Shown: piece by piece, positions 29,828 through 40,580 of the stretch
Position numbering within the stretch: the first letter of the stretch is position 1
Layout: every line of letters begins with the position of its first letter
DNA from: an uncultured delta proteobacterium
Lineage (GTDB): Bacteria; Myxococcota; Myxococcia; SLRQ01
DNA length: 64,000 bases
Assembly (NCBI GenBank): GCA_963727485.1
Contig: CAVSGM010000002.1
Span: 64,001 to 128,000, forward strand
Direction of reading: 5' to 3'
Program-made: the position numbers and the translations under genes
The notes under the pieces: generated by a model
The model's database searches: none
The model's input: the letters and a program-made list of their open reading frames with translations, nothing else
Told to the model about the DNA's origin: nothing

Positions 29828-32800
29828 ATGGCGGGCAAGCGGGTTCTCATCGTAGAGGCCGAGGAAGAGCTCGGTCTGTCCATCGCGTCTCTCCTCCAGG
29901 GACCGGACGTCCACACCGAGCTGGTCGGCTCGGTGCGCGACGCCCGGAAGGTCCTGGACGAGCGCCGTCCCGACCTCCTCGTGGTTCGGGCGGAGCTCCC
30001 GGAGACCAGCGGATTCGCCTTCGTGGGCCGCTTGAAGAAAGCGGCGGACACCACTGGATTGCCAGTGATTCTGGTCTCCACGGACTCCACGGATGCGGCC
30101 CTCGCCACCCACCGGGAGGGGCCGGCGCCCGCCGACGGGTACCTCCGGCTCCCCGAGCAGATGCGCGATCTGTCGGACGTGGCCACGCCCTTGCTCTGGC
30201 CCGAGGGGCGCCCGGAGGTCCCGGAGATCGCATCCGCCGACGTGACCCCCGTCGAGCCCATCCCGGTGCAGCCCGGCCCCGGCGCCGAGGCGGCGGCCCC
30301 CGCGGCGGACCCGGTCCCGGCCGGCGCCGCACCCGAGGCCGCCCCGGGCGGGGCCGAAGGGGGCCCGGCGATGACCGGCGACGACGTCGACGACGCCCTC
30401 GAAAATGCCTTCAGTGGTGGCGGCAACCACCGCGATCCCATGGCGGAAATGCCCGACGTCCCCGCCGAGGCCTACGCCGCCGTGGGCCAGGCGCCGCCCC
30501 CGGCCCCCGGGGCCCCGGCGGGCCCGCCGAGGCCCCCGCGCCTCCCGAAGCGGGAGCGCAAGCTCGCGGTCACCCCCGAGGACTTCGCCTGGGTCGACCA
30601 GGTCTTCGGCACCATCGCCGACCGCAAGACCGAGCTCCTCACCGAGGCTCGGCAGCGCGCCGAGGGCCGGGGCCGCAAGCGCAGCCGCGGGGTCCTCGGC
30701 TCCCCCGAGGAGAAGATCCAGGCGCTGCGCGACGAGCTCAAGGAGCGGGACATCGCCCTGGCGCGCCTCTCGGAGATTCGGCGCGCCCGGGAGCGCGAGA
30801 ACCAGGCCGGCGAGGAGCGGGTCCACGAGAAGGAGGTCGAGGCCCAGGGCCTCAAGCTCCAGCTCCAGGAGATGATCAAGCGCCTGGGGCAGGCGCGGGA
30901 GCTCTTCGAGAAGCGGGAGAGCCAGCACGCCGACCTGGTCGAGAGCCTCCTCGAGCAGAAGGTCATCGAGGAGAAGGACCTCATCGAGGTCGTCGCCGGC
31001 AAGGAGAAGCAGATCAACGACGTCTACCGCGAGCTCCGCGGCCGGGACGACGAGATCACGCGCCTGACGGTGGCCCTGGAGCAGGCCCACGGCGAGATCG
31101 ACGATCTCGAGAAGCGCCGGCAGCGGGAGCTGCTCTCGGGGGAGATGCGCGAGGCCCGCCTCAAGGAGGTCCTCGCCACCCGGGAGACCGAGCTCGCCAA
31201 CCTCGAGATCGACGTGGCGCTGGCCCGGGACGAGGCCGAGGAGCGCCGCCTCGAGGCCGAGAGCCGCGAGGCGCTGCAGAAGCAGGCCTACAAGGACCTG
31301 GAGCAGCGCCTGGGGCAGGTCGAGCAGGAGCGCGACTGGAAGCTCCGGGAGCTGCGGACCTCCCTCGAGGCCCGGGACGCCGCCGCCACCCGCCTGGCGG
31401 CGGATTTCGAGGAGGCCCAGGCCGCCGCCGAGGCCCGGGACGAGGAGCTCACCGCGATGCTCACCGAGGCCGAGACCCAGGTCTCGGAGCTCGGCGAGGA
31501 GCTCGAGGCGACCCGGCACCAGCGCGACGCGGTGGCCCAGAGCCTCCGGGATCGCCTCCGGGCCCGGGCCGAGCACATCGCCAGCCTCGAGGGCGACCTC
31601 TCCGCCGCCCGGGGCGAGGCCGTCCGCCGCGAGGCCGAGCTCGGGGAGGCCCTCCAGGCCGAGCAGGCCAAGGTCGCCGCCCTCACCGGGGACCTCGAGC
31701 ACACCCGGGAGGAGGCCCACGCCCGGGAGGAGGCCCTCGAGGAGACCCTCGCCGGGGTCCGCGGCGAGCTCGAGACCGAGCGCGCCGAGCACGCCCACCA
31801 CGCCGACGAGGCCGCCGCGGCCCAGGCCCGCCTCGAGGAGAGCCTCTCCGGGGCCCGGGAGCGCATCGGCGAGCTCGAGGGGGAGCTCGAGGCCCTCGGC
31901 CGGGCCAAGGACGACCTCGAGGCCGACCTCCGGGGCGAGCTCCAGGCCGCCGGCGAGGCCAGGGACGCCCTCGAGGCGGACCTCCGGGGCCAGCTCCAGG
32001 CCGCCGGCGAGGCCAGGGACGCCCTCGAGGCGGACCTCCGGGGCCAGCTCCAGGCCGCCGCCGAGGCCAAGGACGCCCTCGAGGCGGAGCTCCGGGGCCA
32101 GCTCCAGGCCGCCGCCGAGGCCAAGGACGCCCTCGAGGCGGACCTCCGCGGCGAGGTCCAGGCCCGGGACGAGCGCATCGCCGAGCTCGACCGGGCCGTC
32201 GCCGCCCGGGACGAGCGCATCGCCGGCCTCGAGGGGGACCTCGCCGACCGGGACGGCACCATCGCCGCCCTGGAGCAGACCGTCGCCGAGCGCGAGGCCA
32301 CCCTCGCCGACCTGGAGCGGGCGGTGGCGGCGCGGGACGAGCGGGTCAACGGGCTCACCGCCGACGTCGCCGAGCGCGACGGGCACCTCGCCGCCCTCGA
32401 GGGGGAGCTCGGCGACACCCAGGATCAGCTCGCGGTGGCCCGGGAGGCCCTCGCCGAGCGGGAGGGGCAGGTCCAGGCCCTGGAGCAGGAGCTCCAGGCG
32501 TCCCGGGACGAGGCCGCCCGGGTCCAGACCGAGCTCGAGGCGCGGATCGCCGAGGGCAGCGGCCGGGAGCAGGGGCTCCAGGCCGAGCTCGAGACCACCC
32601 ACGCCGCCGCCGAGACCCGGGCCCAGGAGCTCGCCAGCGAGATCGCCGACCGGGAGGAGCAGGTCCGGCGCCTCACCGACGAGCTCGCCTCCGCCCGCCG
32701 GGACGCCGCCGACGGCGAGACCCGGCACCAGGCCGCCCTCGCCGAGCGGGACGGCCAGGTCCAGGCCCTCGAGGCCGAGGTCGCCCGCCTCGGGGAAGAG

Positions 32801-33817
32801 GCCGGGGCCGCCCGGGCCGAGACCGCCGCCGCCACCGAGGCCGGGGCCCGTCAGGCCGAGGGCCTCGAGCAGGCCGCCGCCCGGGCCCGGGACGAGGCCG
32901 CCCGGCAGCTCGCGGCGGTGGAGGCCGCCCGGGCCGAGGCCGAGGCCCAGGCCACCCAGCGCACCGCCGAGCTCGAGGCCGCCTCGGCCGCCCGGGCAAC
33001 GCTCGAGGCCGAGGTCGCCGCCCGGGACGAGGCCCTGGGCCAGGCCCGCACCGCGGCCCGGGACCTCGAGACCCGCCTCGGCCAGGCCCAGGCCGCCGCC
33101 GAGGCCCGGGCGACCGAGCTCGAGGCCGCCGTCGCCGCCGCCGAGGCCGCCCGGGGCGAGGCCGAGGCCCGCCTCGGAGAGCGGGTGGCGGCCCTCGAGG
33201 CCGAGGTCGCCGGCGGCGAGAAGAAGCGCAAGGAGACCGTGGAGAAGGCCAACGCCTTCATCGAGCAGGCCAAGGGCCAGATCGCCCAGTACAAGAAGAA
33301 GATGACCGACCTCGAGGCACGCCTCGAGGACGCCATGACCGCCCGGGCCCACGCCGAGCGCACCCTGGGCGAGCGGGCGACCGCCGCCGGCCAGGCCCTC
33401 GCCGACGCCAAGAAGCGCCTCGACGCGGCCCAGAACGAGGCCCGGCGGCTCAAGACCGAGCTCGCCGAGGCCCAGCAGACCGCCCGGGCCGAGCTCAAGG
33501 CCGAGCTCGACCGCCGGGAGGCCCGGCGGGCCCAGGAGGTCCAGCGCCTCCAGGCGACCCTCCAGGAGAAGGCCAAGGCCCTCAAGGTGGCAGAGCTCGA
33601 GGTCCAGCGCCTCCGGGCCCGGGCCGGGGGCGGGGCGCGTACGGCGGCGAAGGCGCCGGCGCGCACCGCCGCCCCGACCCCGGGCGCCGGCGATCCCGAC
33701 CTCGACGACGACGGCGACCGCACGGTCATCGCCCCGGCCCCCACCGCCGAGGGCGAGGGTGGGGGCGACGGGGACGATCCGGAGCTCAGCCAGGTCCTGA
33801 AGAACCTGGGCGGGTAG
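29828..33817 (+). CDS. aglZ: AglZ-like protein: pseudo-receiver domain, Pro/Ala linker and very long coiled coil
   Basis: N-terminus RVLIVE...RRPDLLVVRAEL..TSGF...ADGYL resembles Myxococcus AglZ as I recall it; Arg replaces the phospho-acceptor Asp; about 1000 aa of heptad-rich sequence. Confidence 0.75.
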   Translation: MAGKRVLIVEAEEELGLSIASLLQGPDVHTELVGSVRDARKVLDERRPDLLVVRAELPETSGFAFVGRLKKAADTTGLPVILVSTDSTDAALATHREGPAPADGYLRLPEQMRDLSDVATPLLWPEGRPEVPEIASADVTPVEPIPVQPGPGAEAAAPAADPVPAGAAPEAAPGGAEGGPAMTGDDVDDALENAFSGGGNHRDPMAEMPDVPAEAYAAVGQAPPPAPGAPAGPPRPPRLPKRERKLAVTPEDFAWVDQVFGTIADRKTELLTEARQRAEGRGRKRSRGVLGSPEEKIQALRDELKERDIALARLSEIRRARERENQAGEERVHEKEVEAQGLKLQLQEMIKRLGQARELFEKRESQHADLVESLLEQKVIEEKDLIEVVAGKEKQINDVYRELRGRDDEITRLTVALEQAHGEIDDLEKRRQRELLSGEMREARLKEVLATRETELANLEIDVALARDEAEERRLEAESREALQKQAYKDLEQRLGQVEQERDWKLRELRTSLEARDAAATRLAADFEEAQAAAEARDEELTAMLTEAETQVSELGEELEATRHQRDAVAQSLRDRLRARAEHIASLEGDLSAARGEAVRREAELGEALQAEQAKVAALTGDLEHTREEAHAREEALEETLAGVRGELETERAEHAHHADEAAAAQARLEESLSGARERIGELEGELEALGRAKDDLEADLRGELQAAGEARDALEADLRGQLQAAGEARDALEADLRGQLQAAAEAKDALEAELRGQLQAAAEAKDALEADLRGEVQARDERIAELDRAVAARDERIAGLEGDLADRDGTIAALEQTVAEREATLADLERAVAARDERVNGLTADVAERDGHLAALEGELGDTQDQLAVAREALAEREGQVQALEQELQASRDEAARVQTELEARIAEGSGREQGLQAELETTHAAAETRAQELASEIADREEQVRRLTDELASARRDAADGETRHQAALAERDGQVQALEAEVARLGEEAGAARAETAAATEAGARQAEGLEQAAARARDEAARQLAAVEAARAEAEAQATQRTAELEAASAARATLEAEVAARDEALGQARTAARDLETRLGQAQAAAEARATELEAAVAAAEAARGEAEARLGERVAALEAEVAGGEKKRKETVEKANAFIEQAKGQIAQYKKKMTDLEARLEDAMTARAHAERTLGERATAAGQALADAKKRLDAAQNEARRLKTELAEAQQTARAELKAELDRREARRAQEVQRLQATLQEKAKALKVAELEVQRLRARAGGGARTAAKAPARTAAPTPGAGDPDLDDDGDRTVIAPAPTAEGEGGGDGDDPELSQVLKNLGG
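31910..32163 (+). repeat. 54-bp tandem repeat (about 4.7 copies) inside aglZ
   Basis: Units start at 31910, 31964, 32018, 32072 and 32126 and encode D(A/D)LEA(D/E)LRG(Q/E)LQAA(G/A)EA(R/K). Confidence 0.9.
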
Positions 33818-33972
33818 GTGAAGGTCCTACTCGTGCCCACATAGGGCCCTTACGTGGGTGGATCGCGCCTGGATCATCACATCCCCGCCATGTAGTCTCC
33901 CGCGATTGCGTTCCGTGGTGCGCCTGTCGCGTGCCGGGTCGGGCGCCCGAGTCTGCTGGAGGGGTCAACGTG

Positions 33973-36510
33973 ATGTCGAAGTCCTGGTCGAGTTACCGCG
34001 CAAGCCTGTTGTCCCTTCTGGGCAGCTCCCTTCTCGTCCTGGCCGCCTGTGGCCAGAACGGCCCGGCGCCGGGCACCGGCGGCGGCGACGACGGCGGGGG
34101 CAGCAACTCCGGCATCTGCAGCACCAACAAGGACTGCACCGGGGGCATGGTGTGCAGCGGTGGGGTCTGCACGCAGCCCACCAGCTGCCAGCGGGACACC
34201 GACTGCAACCCCGGCCAGACCTGCAACGTCCTCACCGGCAAGTGCGAGAACGGCACGGCCACCGACGGCGGGTCCGGCGGCGGCACCGATGGCGGGGTCA
34301 CCGACGGCGGCACGCCCGACGGCGGCGCCACCGACGGCGGGACCGCGGACGCGGGCACCCCCATCTGCACCCCGGGGACCGTGCAGTGCACCTCCGACGC
34401 CACGGGCATCCAGACCTGCAGCACCGACGGCATGCAGTGGAACACCACCACCTGTGACGCGTCGACGCCGGTGTGCGTGAACGCGAGCTGCCTGCTCTGC
34501 GCCCCGGGGTCCACCCAGTGCAACGGCAACGTCGCCGAGACCTGCGCCCAGGACGGCGCCTCCTGGAACGACACCGACTGCGCGGCCACCGGCGGCACCT
34601 GCAACGGCGGGCTGTGCCAGGTGTGCACGCCTGGGGCCGTGCAGTGCAAGGACCAGACGACCTCCGAGACCTGCAACAGCACCGGCACCGCCTGGACCGA
34701 CACCGCCTGCAGCAACGGCATCTGTGACTCGACCAACGGCCAGTGCAAGGCCACCACCTGCGTCCCGGGCTCGCCCAACACCTGCCAGGGCGACAAGGTG
34801 GTGAGCTGCAAGTCCGACGGCTCGGGCTACACCACGGTCACCGACTGCGCCGCCCAGGGCGGCACCTGCCAGGGTGGCCAGTGCGTGAGCCTCTGCGACC
34901 AGGCCGCGGCGAACAACTCCTACATCGGCTGCGAGTACTGGCCGGTGGCGCTCTCCAACCCGGTGTCCAAGAAGTTCCAGACCGAGTACGGCCTGGTGGT
35001 CTCCAACCCCAACGCGGGCACCACCGCGATCGTCAAGGTCTACAAGAGCGGCTCCACCACCCCCGTCGTCACCCAGAGCGTGGTGGGCGGGGCGGTCCAG
35101 AACATCAAGCTGCCCTGGAACGCCATGAACGCCGATCCGGGGGACGGCAACGGCAACCAGGCGTCGGCCACCACCAAGGGCGCCATCGCCTACAAGATGA
35201 CCAGCTCGGTGCCGGTCACCGTCTACCAGTTCAACCCCCTGTCGAGCGCCAAGCCCAGCGGCTGCACCTCCGACACCGACTGCCTCCTCCAGTCCGGGAG
35301 CGCCTCGGACACCTGCGACACGACGACCGGGACCTGCTCCCTCAGCGACTACGCCTACTCCATGGACGCGTCGCTGCTCCTCCCGGCCCACATCTATGGG
35401 CAGACGAACCCGCCGTCGGGCAGCCCGGCCAGCACCTACGTGGCGGCGACCCTGCCCCACAGCCACGTCCATACGGACTGCGGCGGCTCCAGCGCCCAGG
35501 AGGCGGACCTTCCCTCCATCGTGGCCATCGTGGCCAGCAGCCCGGGCACCACCACGGTGCATGTCCACGCCCAGGGCGCCATCGCCGCCGGGGGTCCGGT
35601 CAGCCAGATCGTCCAGCCCGGCAGCGACGTCACCTTCACCCTCAATCAGTACGACGTGCTCCAGCTCGCCAGCGCCCCGGCGGGCACGGCCACGGTCGAC
35701 AGCCAGAGCCAGCCGCTCGCCTGCGGGTTCTTCCAGACCCTGAACACGAAGTACAGCGAGTACCCGGACTCGGACCTCACCGGGTCGATCATCACCGCCG
35801 ACCACCCCATCGCCGTCTACGGGGGCGCCGACTGCCGCTTCGTGCCGTACAACAAGTACGCCTGCGACCACATGGAGCAGCAGCTCTTCCCCTTCCAGAA
35901 CTGGGGCGACAAGTACATCGGGGCGGTGAGCCAGCCCACCGGCCAGTCCAACGTCGGCGACCTCTGGGAGGTCGTCGCCGCGGTGAGCGGGACCAAGGTC
36001 AGCTTCGATCCGCCCATCAGCGGCATCTCCAACCCGACCACCCTCAACGCCGGTGAGAAGATCCGCTTCCCCACCAACAACAACTTCGTGGTCAGCAGCC
36101 AGGACCTCCAGCACCCGATCCTGGTGACCCAGTTCTTCCAGGGCGAGGAGGCCCACTCGGCCCAGGTCGGCGACCCGACCATGATCCTGGCGGTGCCGGT
36201 GGAGCAGTACCGGACCGACTACGCCTTCTCCACCCCGACCACCGTGGCCCAGGACTACATGAACGTCATCCGGCCCACCGGCGCCGCCGTCACCCTCGAT
36301 GGCCAGCCGGTGAGCCCGGCCTCGGGGTGGACCACCGTGGGCTCGAGCGGGTTCCAGGTGGGCCGGGTGTCCATCACCGACGGGACCCACCACCTCTCGG
36401 CGGCGCAGCCGGTGGGGCTCACGGTCTACGGCTACGACAGCTACGTGAGCTACGGCTACCCCGGCGGCCTCGACCTGAAGCAGACGGTGATCATCGTCCC
36501 CGGCGGGTGA
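33973..36510 (+). CDS. Cys-rich lipoprotein with a C-terminal IgGFc-binding-type domain
   Basis: Lipobox LAAC; TDGG linker repeats; CTPG..QC repeats; [39 protein letters not shown]. Confidence 0.8.
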   Translation: MSKSWSSYRASLLSLLGSSLLVLAACGQNGPAPGTGGGDDGGGSNSGICSTNKDCTGGMVCSGGVCTQPTSCQRDTDCNPGQTCNVLTGKCENGTATDGGSGGGTDGGVTDGGTPDGGATDGGTADAGTPICTPGTVQCTSDATGIQTCSTDGMQWNTTTCDASTPVCVNASCLLCAPGSTQCNGNVAETCAQDGASWNDTDCAATGGTCNGGLCQVCTPGAVQCKDQTTSETCNSTGTAWTDTACSNGICDSTNGQCKATTCVPGSPNTCQGDKVVSCKSDGSGYTTVTDCAAQGGTCQGGQCVSLCDQAAANNSYIGCEYWPVALSNPVSKKFQTEYGLVVSNPNAGTTAIVKVYKSGSTTPVVTQSVVGGAVQNIKLPWNAMNADPGDGNGNQASATTKGAIAYKMTSSVPVTVYQFNPLSSAKPSGCTSDTDCLLQSGSASDTCDTTTGTCSLSDYAYSMDASLLLPAHIYGQTNPPSGSPASTYVAATLPHSHVHTDCGGSSAQEADLPSIVAIVASSPGTTTVHVHAQGAIAAGGPVSQIVQPGSDVTFTLNQYDVLQLASAPAGTATVDSQSQPLACGFFQTLNTKYSEYPDSDLTGSIITADHPIAVYGGADCRFVPYNKYACDHMEQQLFPFQNWGDKYIGAVSQPTGQSNVGDLWEVVAAVSGTKVSFDPPISGISNPTTLNAGEKIRFPTNNNFVVSSQDLQHPILVTQFFQGEEAHSAQVGDPTMILAVPVEQYRTDYAFSTPTTVAQDYMNVIRPTGAAVTLDGQPVSPASGWTTVGSSGFQVGRVSITDGTHHLSAAQPVGLTVYGYDSYVSYGYPGGLDLKQTVIIVPGG

Positions 36511-36560
36511 CCCGGCCGGGGGGCGCCGTGGCCCGATGGGCCCTGGCGCCCGGACGCGAA

Positions 36561-36594
36561 ACGGGCCGCCCGGCGCTGACGCCAGGCGGCCCGT
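36561..36594. terminator. Hairpin between convergent genes (possible bidirectional terminator)
   Basis: ACGGGCCGCC (36561-36570) pairs with GGCGGCCCGT (36585-36594), with an inner GGCG/CGCC stem; only short U tracts. Confidence 0.55.
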
Positions 36595-36639
36595 CTTGCA
36601 TCCGGAGCGCCCCGGGCGGGGCGCGACCCGGGGCGGGGA

Positions 36640-37551
36640 TCAGCTCCCCTTGGAGTGGTTCACGAACTGGGCGATGGACTCCTGGATGCCGGCGCAGATG
36701 GTCGCCTCGCTCATGTCCATCACCTTGGCGAAGCCGCCCTGGACCTGCTCCAGGGTCATCCCGTCCTGGGGGGGCACGGAGAAGGGCTTCGAGCGCGTCC
36801 AGTTGAGGTGGTAGATGAGGCCGCCGCCGACCTCGAAGACCTGGCCGTTGGCCTCGCAGCTCTCGTGGCAGAGCCAGCCGACCAGCGGCGAGACCAGCCC
36901 GGGATCGAGGTTCTCGAGGATCTCGGGGGGCATGATGGTCTCGGTCATCCGCGACTTCGCCACCGGGGCGATGACGTTGGTGTGGATGTTGTACTTGGCG
37001 CCCTCGGCGGCGAGCGTCTGGCCCAGGCCCACCAGGCCCATCTTGGCGGCCGAGTAGTTGGCCTGGCCGAAGTTGCCGTAGAGGCCCGCGGCCGAGGCGG
37101 TCATGATGACCCGGCCGTAGCCCTGCTCGCGGAGCAGCGGCCAGGCGGCCTTGGAGACGTTGTAGCCGCCCTTGAGGTGGACGGCGATCACCGCGTCGAA
37201 GTCGGGCTCGGTCATCTTCACGAAGGACTTGTCCCGGAGGATGCCGGCGTTGTTGACCACGATGTCGAGGCGGCCGAAGGCGTCGACGGCGGCCTTGACC
37301 ATGGCCTCGGCGCCGGCGGTCTCGCTCACCGAGTCGTAGTTGGCGACGGCCTCGCCGCCGGCGGCCTGGATCTCCTCGACGACCTTCTGCGCCGGGGTCT
37401 GGCTGGCGTCGCCGCCGCCGAGGGAGCCGCCGAGGTCGTTGACGACCACCTTGGCGCCGCGGCTGGCGAGGAGCAGGGCGTGGGAGCGGCCGAGGCCGCC
37501 GCCGGCGCCGGTGACGAGGGCGACCTTGTCGTCGAAGCGGATGTCACTCAT
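36640..37551 (-). CDS. SDR, 3-hydroxyacyl-CoA dehydrogenase (MFE-2 N-terminal domain type)
   Basis: TGAGGGLG, VVVNDLG, NNAGILRDKSF, YGNFGQANYSAAK; start MSDIRF at 37551. Confidence 0.9.
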   Translation of the reverse strand: MSDIRFDDKVALVTGAGGGLGRSHALLLASRGAKVVVNDLGGSLGGGDASQTPAQKVVEEIQAAGGEAVANYDSVSETAGAEAMVKAAVDAFGRLDIVVNNAGILRDKSFVKMTEPDFDAVIAVHLKGGYNVSKAAWPLLREQGYGRVIMTASAAGLYGNFGQANYSAAKMGLVGLGQTLAAEGAKYNIHTNVIAPVAKSRMTETIMPPEILENLDPGLVSPLVGWLCHESCEANGQVFEVGGGLIYHLNWTRSKPFSVPPQDGMTLEQVQGGFAKVMDMSEATICAGIQESIAQFVNHSKGS

Positions 37552-37682
37552 GGGAGTCCTCCGGATGGATGGCGTGACGTCACGGCCGCCGGCTGGCGGC
37601 CAGGCGGGCCTCGTTCTAATACACGCGGGGCCCCGCGCCCAGCGTGGCGGCGCTCGCAGATCCTGGGTGACGCCGGTCGGGC

Positions 37683-39173
37683 CTACCCGGCGTCGGTGCC
37701 GGTGGCCGAGCCCGCCGGGCCCTTGGCCGCGCCGGCGTCCTCGGAGTCCATCCCCGGCAGGTACGCCACCGCCCGGTTCCGGCCGCTGCTCTTGGCGTGG
37801 TAGAGGGCGGCGTCGGCGCGGTCGAGGAGGGTGACGTCGTCGTCGGCGTCGTCGGGGAAGGTGGCGACCCCGAGCGAGAGGGTCACCCGGCCCAGCGGCT
37901 GGGTCTCGCCCCCGGGGAACGCGTGGCCCTCGATGGCCTGGCGCAGCTTCTCGGCGACCTCCAGGGCCTGCTCGGCGGGCACCTGGGGCAGGAGCACGGT
38001 GAACTCCTCGCCGCCGTAGCGGGCCACCAGGTCGACCCGGCGCACCGTGTGCCTGAGGGTGGCGGCGACCTGCTGGAGCACCCCGTCGCCCATGGGGTGG
38101 CCGTGGGCGTCGTTGTACTTCTTGAAGTGATCGACGTCGACCATCACCGCCGAGAGGGGGTGGCCGAAGCGCCGGGCCCGGTCGAGCTCCATCTGGAGGC
38201 GCTGGCCCAGGCTCCGGCGGTTGAACACGCCGGTGAGGGGATCGGTGAGCGAGAGCTGGACCGTCTTCTCGTAGAGGCGGGCGTTGGCGATGGCCAGGGC
38301 CGCCTGGGAGGCCACCGTCTCCAGGAGCCGGACCTCCTCGTCGCCGAAGGCGTTCACCTCGGGGCGGGTGAAGGCCAGGGCCCCGACGATCTCGTCGTGG
38401 TAGATCATGGGGATGACCAGGAGCGAGCCGTCGCTCTTCCGCCGGCCCTTGTAGTGGAGGTAGCGGGGCTCGGCGGCGGTGTCGGGGACGAGCACGGTGC
38501 CCCGCTTCTCGTGGGCCAGGGCGATGATTCCCTCGTCGTCGTGGAAGCGCAGGCCCCCGACCTGGCCGGCCTCCTCGCCGAGGCCGTAGGTCTCGGTGAT
38601 GACGTAGTCGCCGGCCTCGGCGTCGTAGAGGAGCAGGGTGAAGTCGTTGAACCCGAGGGTCACCCCGACCATCTCGGTGATCTTCTCCAGGACCGGGTCG
38701 AGCTCGAGGGTGGAGGTGATGGCCCGGGTCAGCTCGATGAGCAGGGTGAGGTCCCGGACGTTCTGGGCGAGCTCGGTCTGCAGCTCGAGCTCGCGCTGCA
38801 TCAGCTCCTTCTCCCGATCGCTGTCGATCTGGGTGGCGGAGAGGTCGGTGATGGTGGCCAGCATCACGTTGAAGCGCCGGGCGAGCTGGCCGAGCTCGTC
38901 CTCGGTGGCCACCGGGGCCCGGATGAGGAAGTCGCCCTTCTCGGCCCGGGCGATGACCCCCGAGAGCCGGCCCAGGGGCAGGATGACCAGGCGGTGGACC
39001 CCGACCAGGGTCGCCAGGGTGGCGGCGAGGATGGCCCCGGCGAGGATGATGGTGGTCCGGGAGGTCGGCGGGTCGTTGAGCAGGTACACGCCCACCCCTG
39101 CGACCGCGATGCCCGTCGCGCCTGCGAGCAGGGCGACCTTGCGCCCGACCTTTCGCCGGAAAAAGCCCACCAT
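37683..39173 (-). CDS. Membrane HAMP-GAF-GGDEF diguanylate cyclase
   Basis: Two TM helices, DELGQLARRFN, GAF ending ALAIANARLY, TDPLTG.FNRR, DVDHFK.YND.HGH..GD, RRVD I-site, GGEEF. Confidence 0.92.
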   Translation of the reverse strand: MVGFFRRKVGRKVALLAGATGIAVAGVGVYLLNDPPTSRTTIILAGAILAATLATLVGVHRLVILPLGRLSGVIARAEKGDFLIRAPVATEDELGQLARRFNVMLATITDLSATQIDSDREKELMQRELELQTELAQNVRDLTLLIELTRAITSTLELDPVLEKITEMVGVTLGFNDFTLLLYDAEAGDYVITETYGLGEEAGQVGGLRFHDDEGIIALAHEKRGTVLVPDTAAEPRYLHYKGRRKSDGSLLVIPMIYHDEIVGALAFTRPEVNAFGDEEVRLLETVASQAALAIANARLYEKTVQLSLTDPLTGVFNRRSLGQRLQMELDRARRFGHPLSAVMVDVDHFKKYNDAHGHPMGDGVLQQVAATLRHTVRRVDLVARYGGEEFTVLLPQVPAEQALEVAEKLRQAIEGHAFPGGETQPLGRVTLSLGVATFPDDADDDVTLLDRADAALYHAKSSGRNRAVAYLPGMDSEDAGAAKGPAGSATGTDAG

Positions 39174-39239
39174 CCCCGACCGGGGAGTCTAGCACCCCCG
39201 GCGCTGGAGCGGGGCGCCACTCGGCCCGGCCGCCCGGTC

Positions 39240-40257
39240 CTAGCCCCGGTGGGCCGAGGGGTCCGACCCGCGGTCGTGGGGGAAGGGGATGATCTCGGCG
39301 CCCTGGCCCGGGGGCAGGGGCATGGGCAGGGGGCCGTCCCCGAGGGCCTCGAGGTCCCGTCGCCGGCGGCGGCGCCGGCGGATGACGATGACCACGAAGA
39401 GCACGCTGGTCATCCCCCAGACGAAGCCGGTGGAGGTGAGCGCCGGGAGCCACGTGTAGCGCAGGCGCATGTCCGAGAGCCAGTCGCGCTGGAGCTGCCA
39501 CAGGGGGGTGCCGGTGGCGGTGGCGAGGGCGTCGTCGAAGGCCTCGCCGCTGGCCACGTGGCGCACCAGCCGGTGGACCGCCGGGCGCCCCTGGGTCCGG
39601 AAGAGCCAGTCGACGAAGGCGATGGACTCGGCGTAGGCGGTGGGGACGTCGGCGGGGTCCTCGGGCCAGCCCCGGGTGAGGTCGTCGAGGTCGATGACGT
39701 GGCCGCTGGTGACCGCGGCGGCGAGCACCGCCACCCGGGAGAGGTCGAGCTCCCGGGCGTGGTAGGTGGCCATGCCCTCGAGGAACCACCGGGGGAAGCG
39801 GCCGGGGGCCAGGCGCCCGAGGGCCAGGTGGCTCACCTCGTGGGCGAGGATCTGGGCCGGCTGGTCGGCCCGGGGGCCCCCGCGGATGTTGAGGACCACC
39901 AGGTTCAGGGCGGGGTAGGCGACCCCGGCGGCCCAGCTCGGCACCCGGGCGCCCTTGGGCTGGAGGGCCTGGAACTCGGTCTCGCCGTCGGCGACCCGGA
40001 TCTCGGGATCGCCCGGGGTAGTCCCGGCCCAGGTCCGCGGCGATGCGGCTGCGGATGGCCTCGGCCTGGTCGGCGAGGGCGCGGCCGGCGCCGACCGCGT
40101 CGGGGGCGGCGTAGACGCTGAAGCGCGTGGTCTCGGTGACCGGTACCGCCAGGGGCGGGGGCGCCGGGGGATCGAAGAGGCCCGGCGCCACCTCCGGCCC
40201 CGCCGCGGCCGCCGGAGCGGCGAGGAGGAGAGCGGTGAGCAGGGCGGCGAGGCGCAT
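39240..40257 (-). CDS. Peptidase MA family metallohydrolase (secreted, C-terminal TM), frameshifted near 40010
   Basis: Signal peptide; PSWAAGVAYP, AHEVSH, PRWFLEGMA, AYAES; N-terminal and C-terminal halves lie in different frames. Confidence 0.8.
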
Positions 40258-40267
40258 CCGCTACAAG

Positions 40268-40576
40268 TTAAAACGCCCCGGCCGGAGTGCCAGAGAGACG
40301 GCGCGCGAGGTAAGCCGGGTCCACCCCGGCGACGTGCACGGTCTTCCGCCGGCCGGTCTGCCCCCGGACCAGGGTCACGGCGCGCTTCGGGACCCCGGCC
40401 TCGGCCGCCATAAGCGCCACCACCGCGGCGTTGGCGGCTCCGTCCACCGGGGGCGCGGCGACCTGCACCTTGAGCCGGTCCCCGTGGGGTCCGACCACCC
40501 GGCTCCGGGAGGCCCGGGGCTGGACCAGCAGCTCCAGGCGCGCCCCGTCGCCGTCGGCGGCGATCCACGCCGGCAC
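40268..40576 (-). CDS. yggU: DUF167/YggU family protein
   Basis: VQPRASR, LKV.VAAPPVDGAAN, RGQTGRRK; GTG start 40576. Confidence 0.88.
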   Translation of the reverse strand: MPAWIAADGDGARLELLVQPRASRSRVVGPHGDRLKVQVAAPPVDGAANAAVVALMAAEAGVPKRAVTLVRGQTGRRKTVHVAGVDPAYLARRLSGTPAGAF

Positions 40577-40580
40577 CGGG

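Noticed and set aside
31910..32163. Regularly spaced direct repeats resembling a CRISPR array
   Set aside because: Contiguous in-frame 54-bp units without unique spacers, inside a CDS, with no cas genes
29747..33352. 1201-aa minus-strand ORF with a Leu/Gly repeat pattern
   Set aside because: Antisense shadow of aglZ; stop codons are scarce at this GC content
36640..40257. 1205-aa ORF apparently fusing the peptidase N-terminus to the SDR
   Set aside because: Created by the frameshift near 40010 running through an off-frame of the peptidase and cyclase genes
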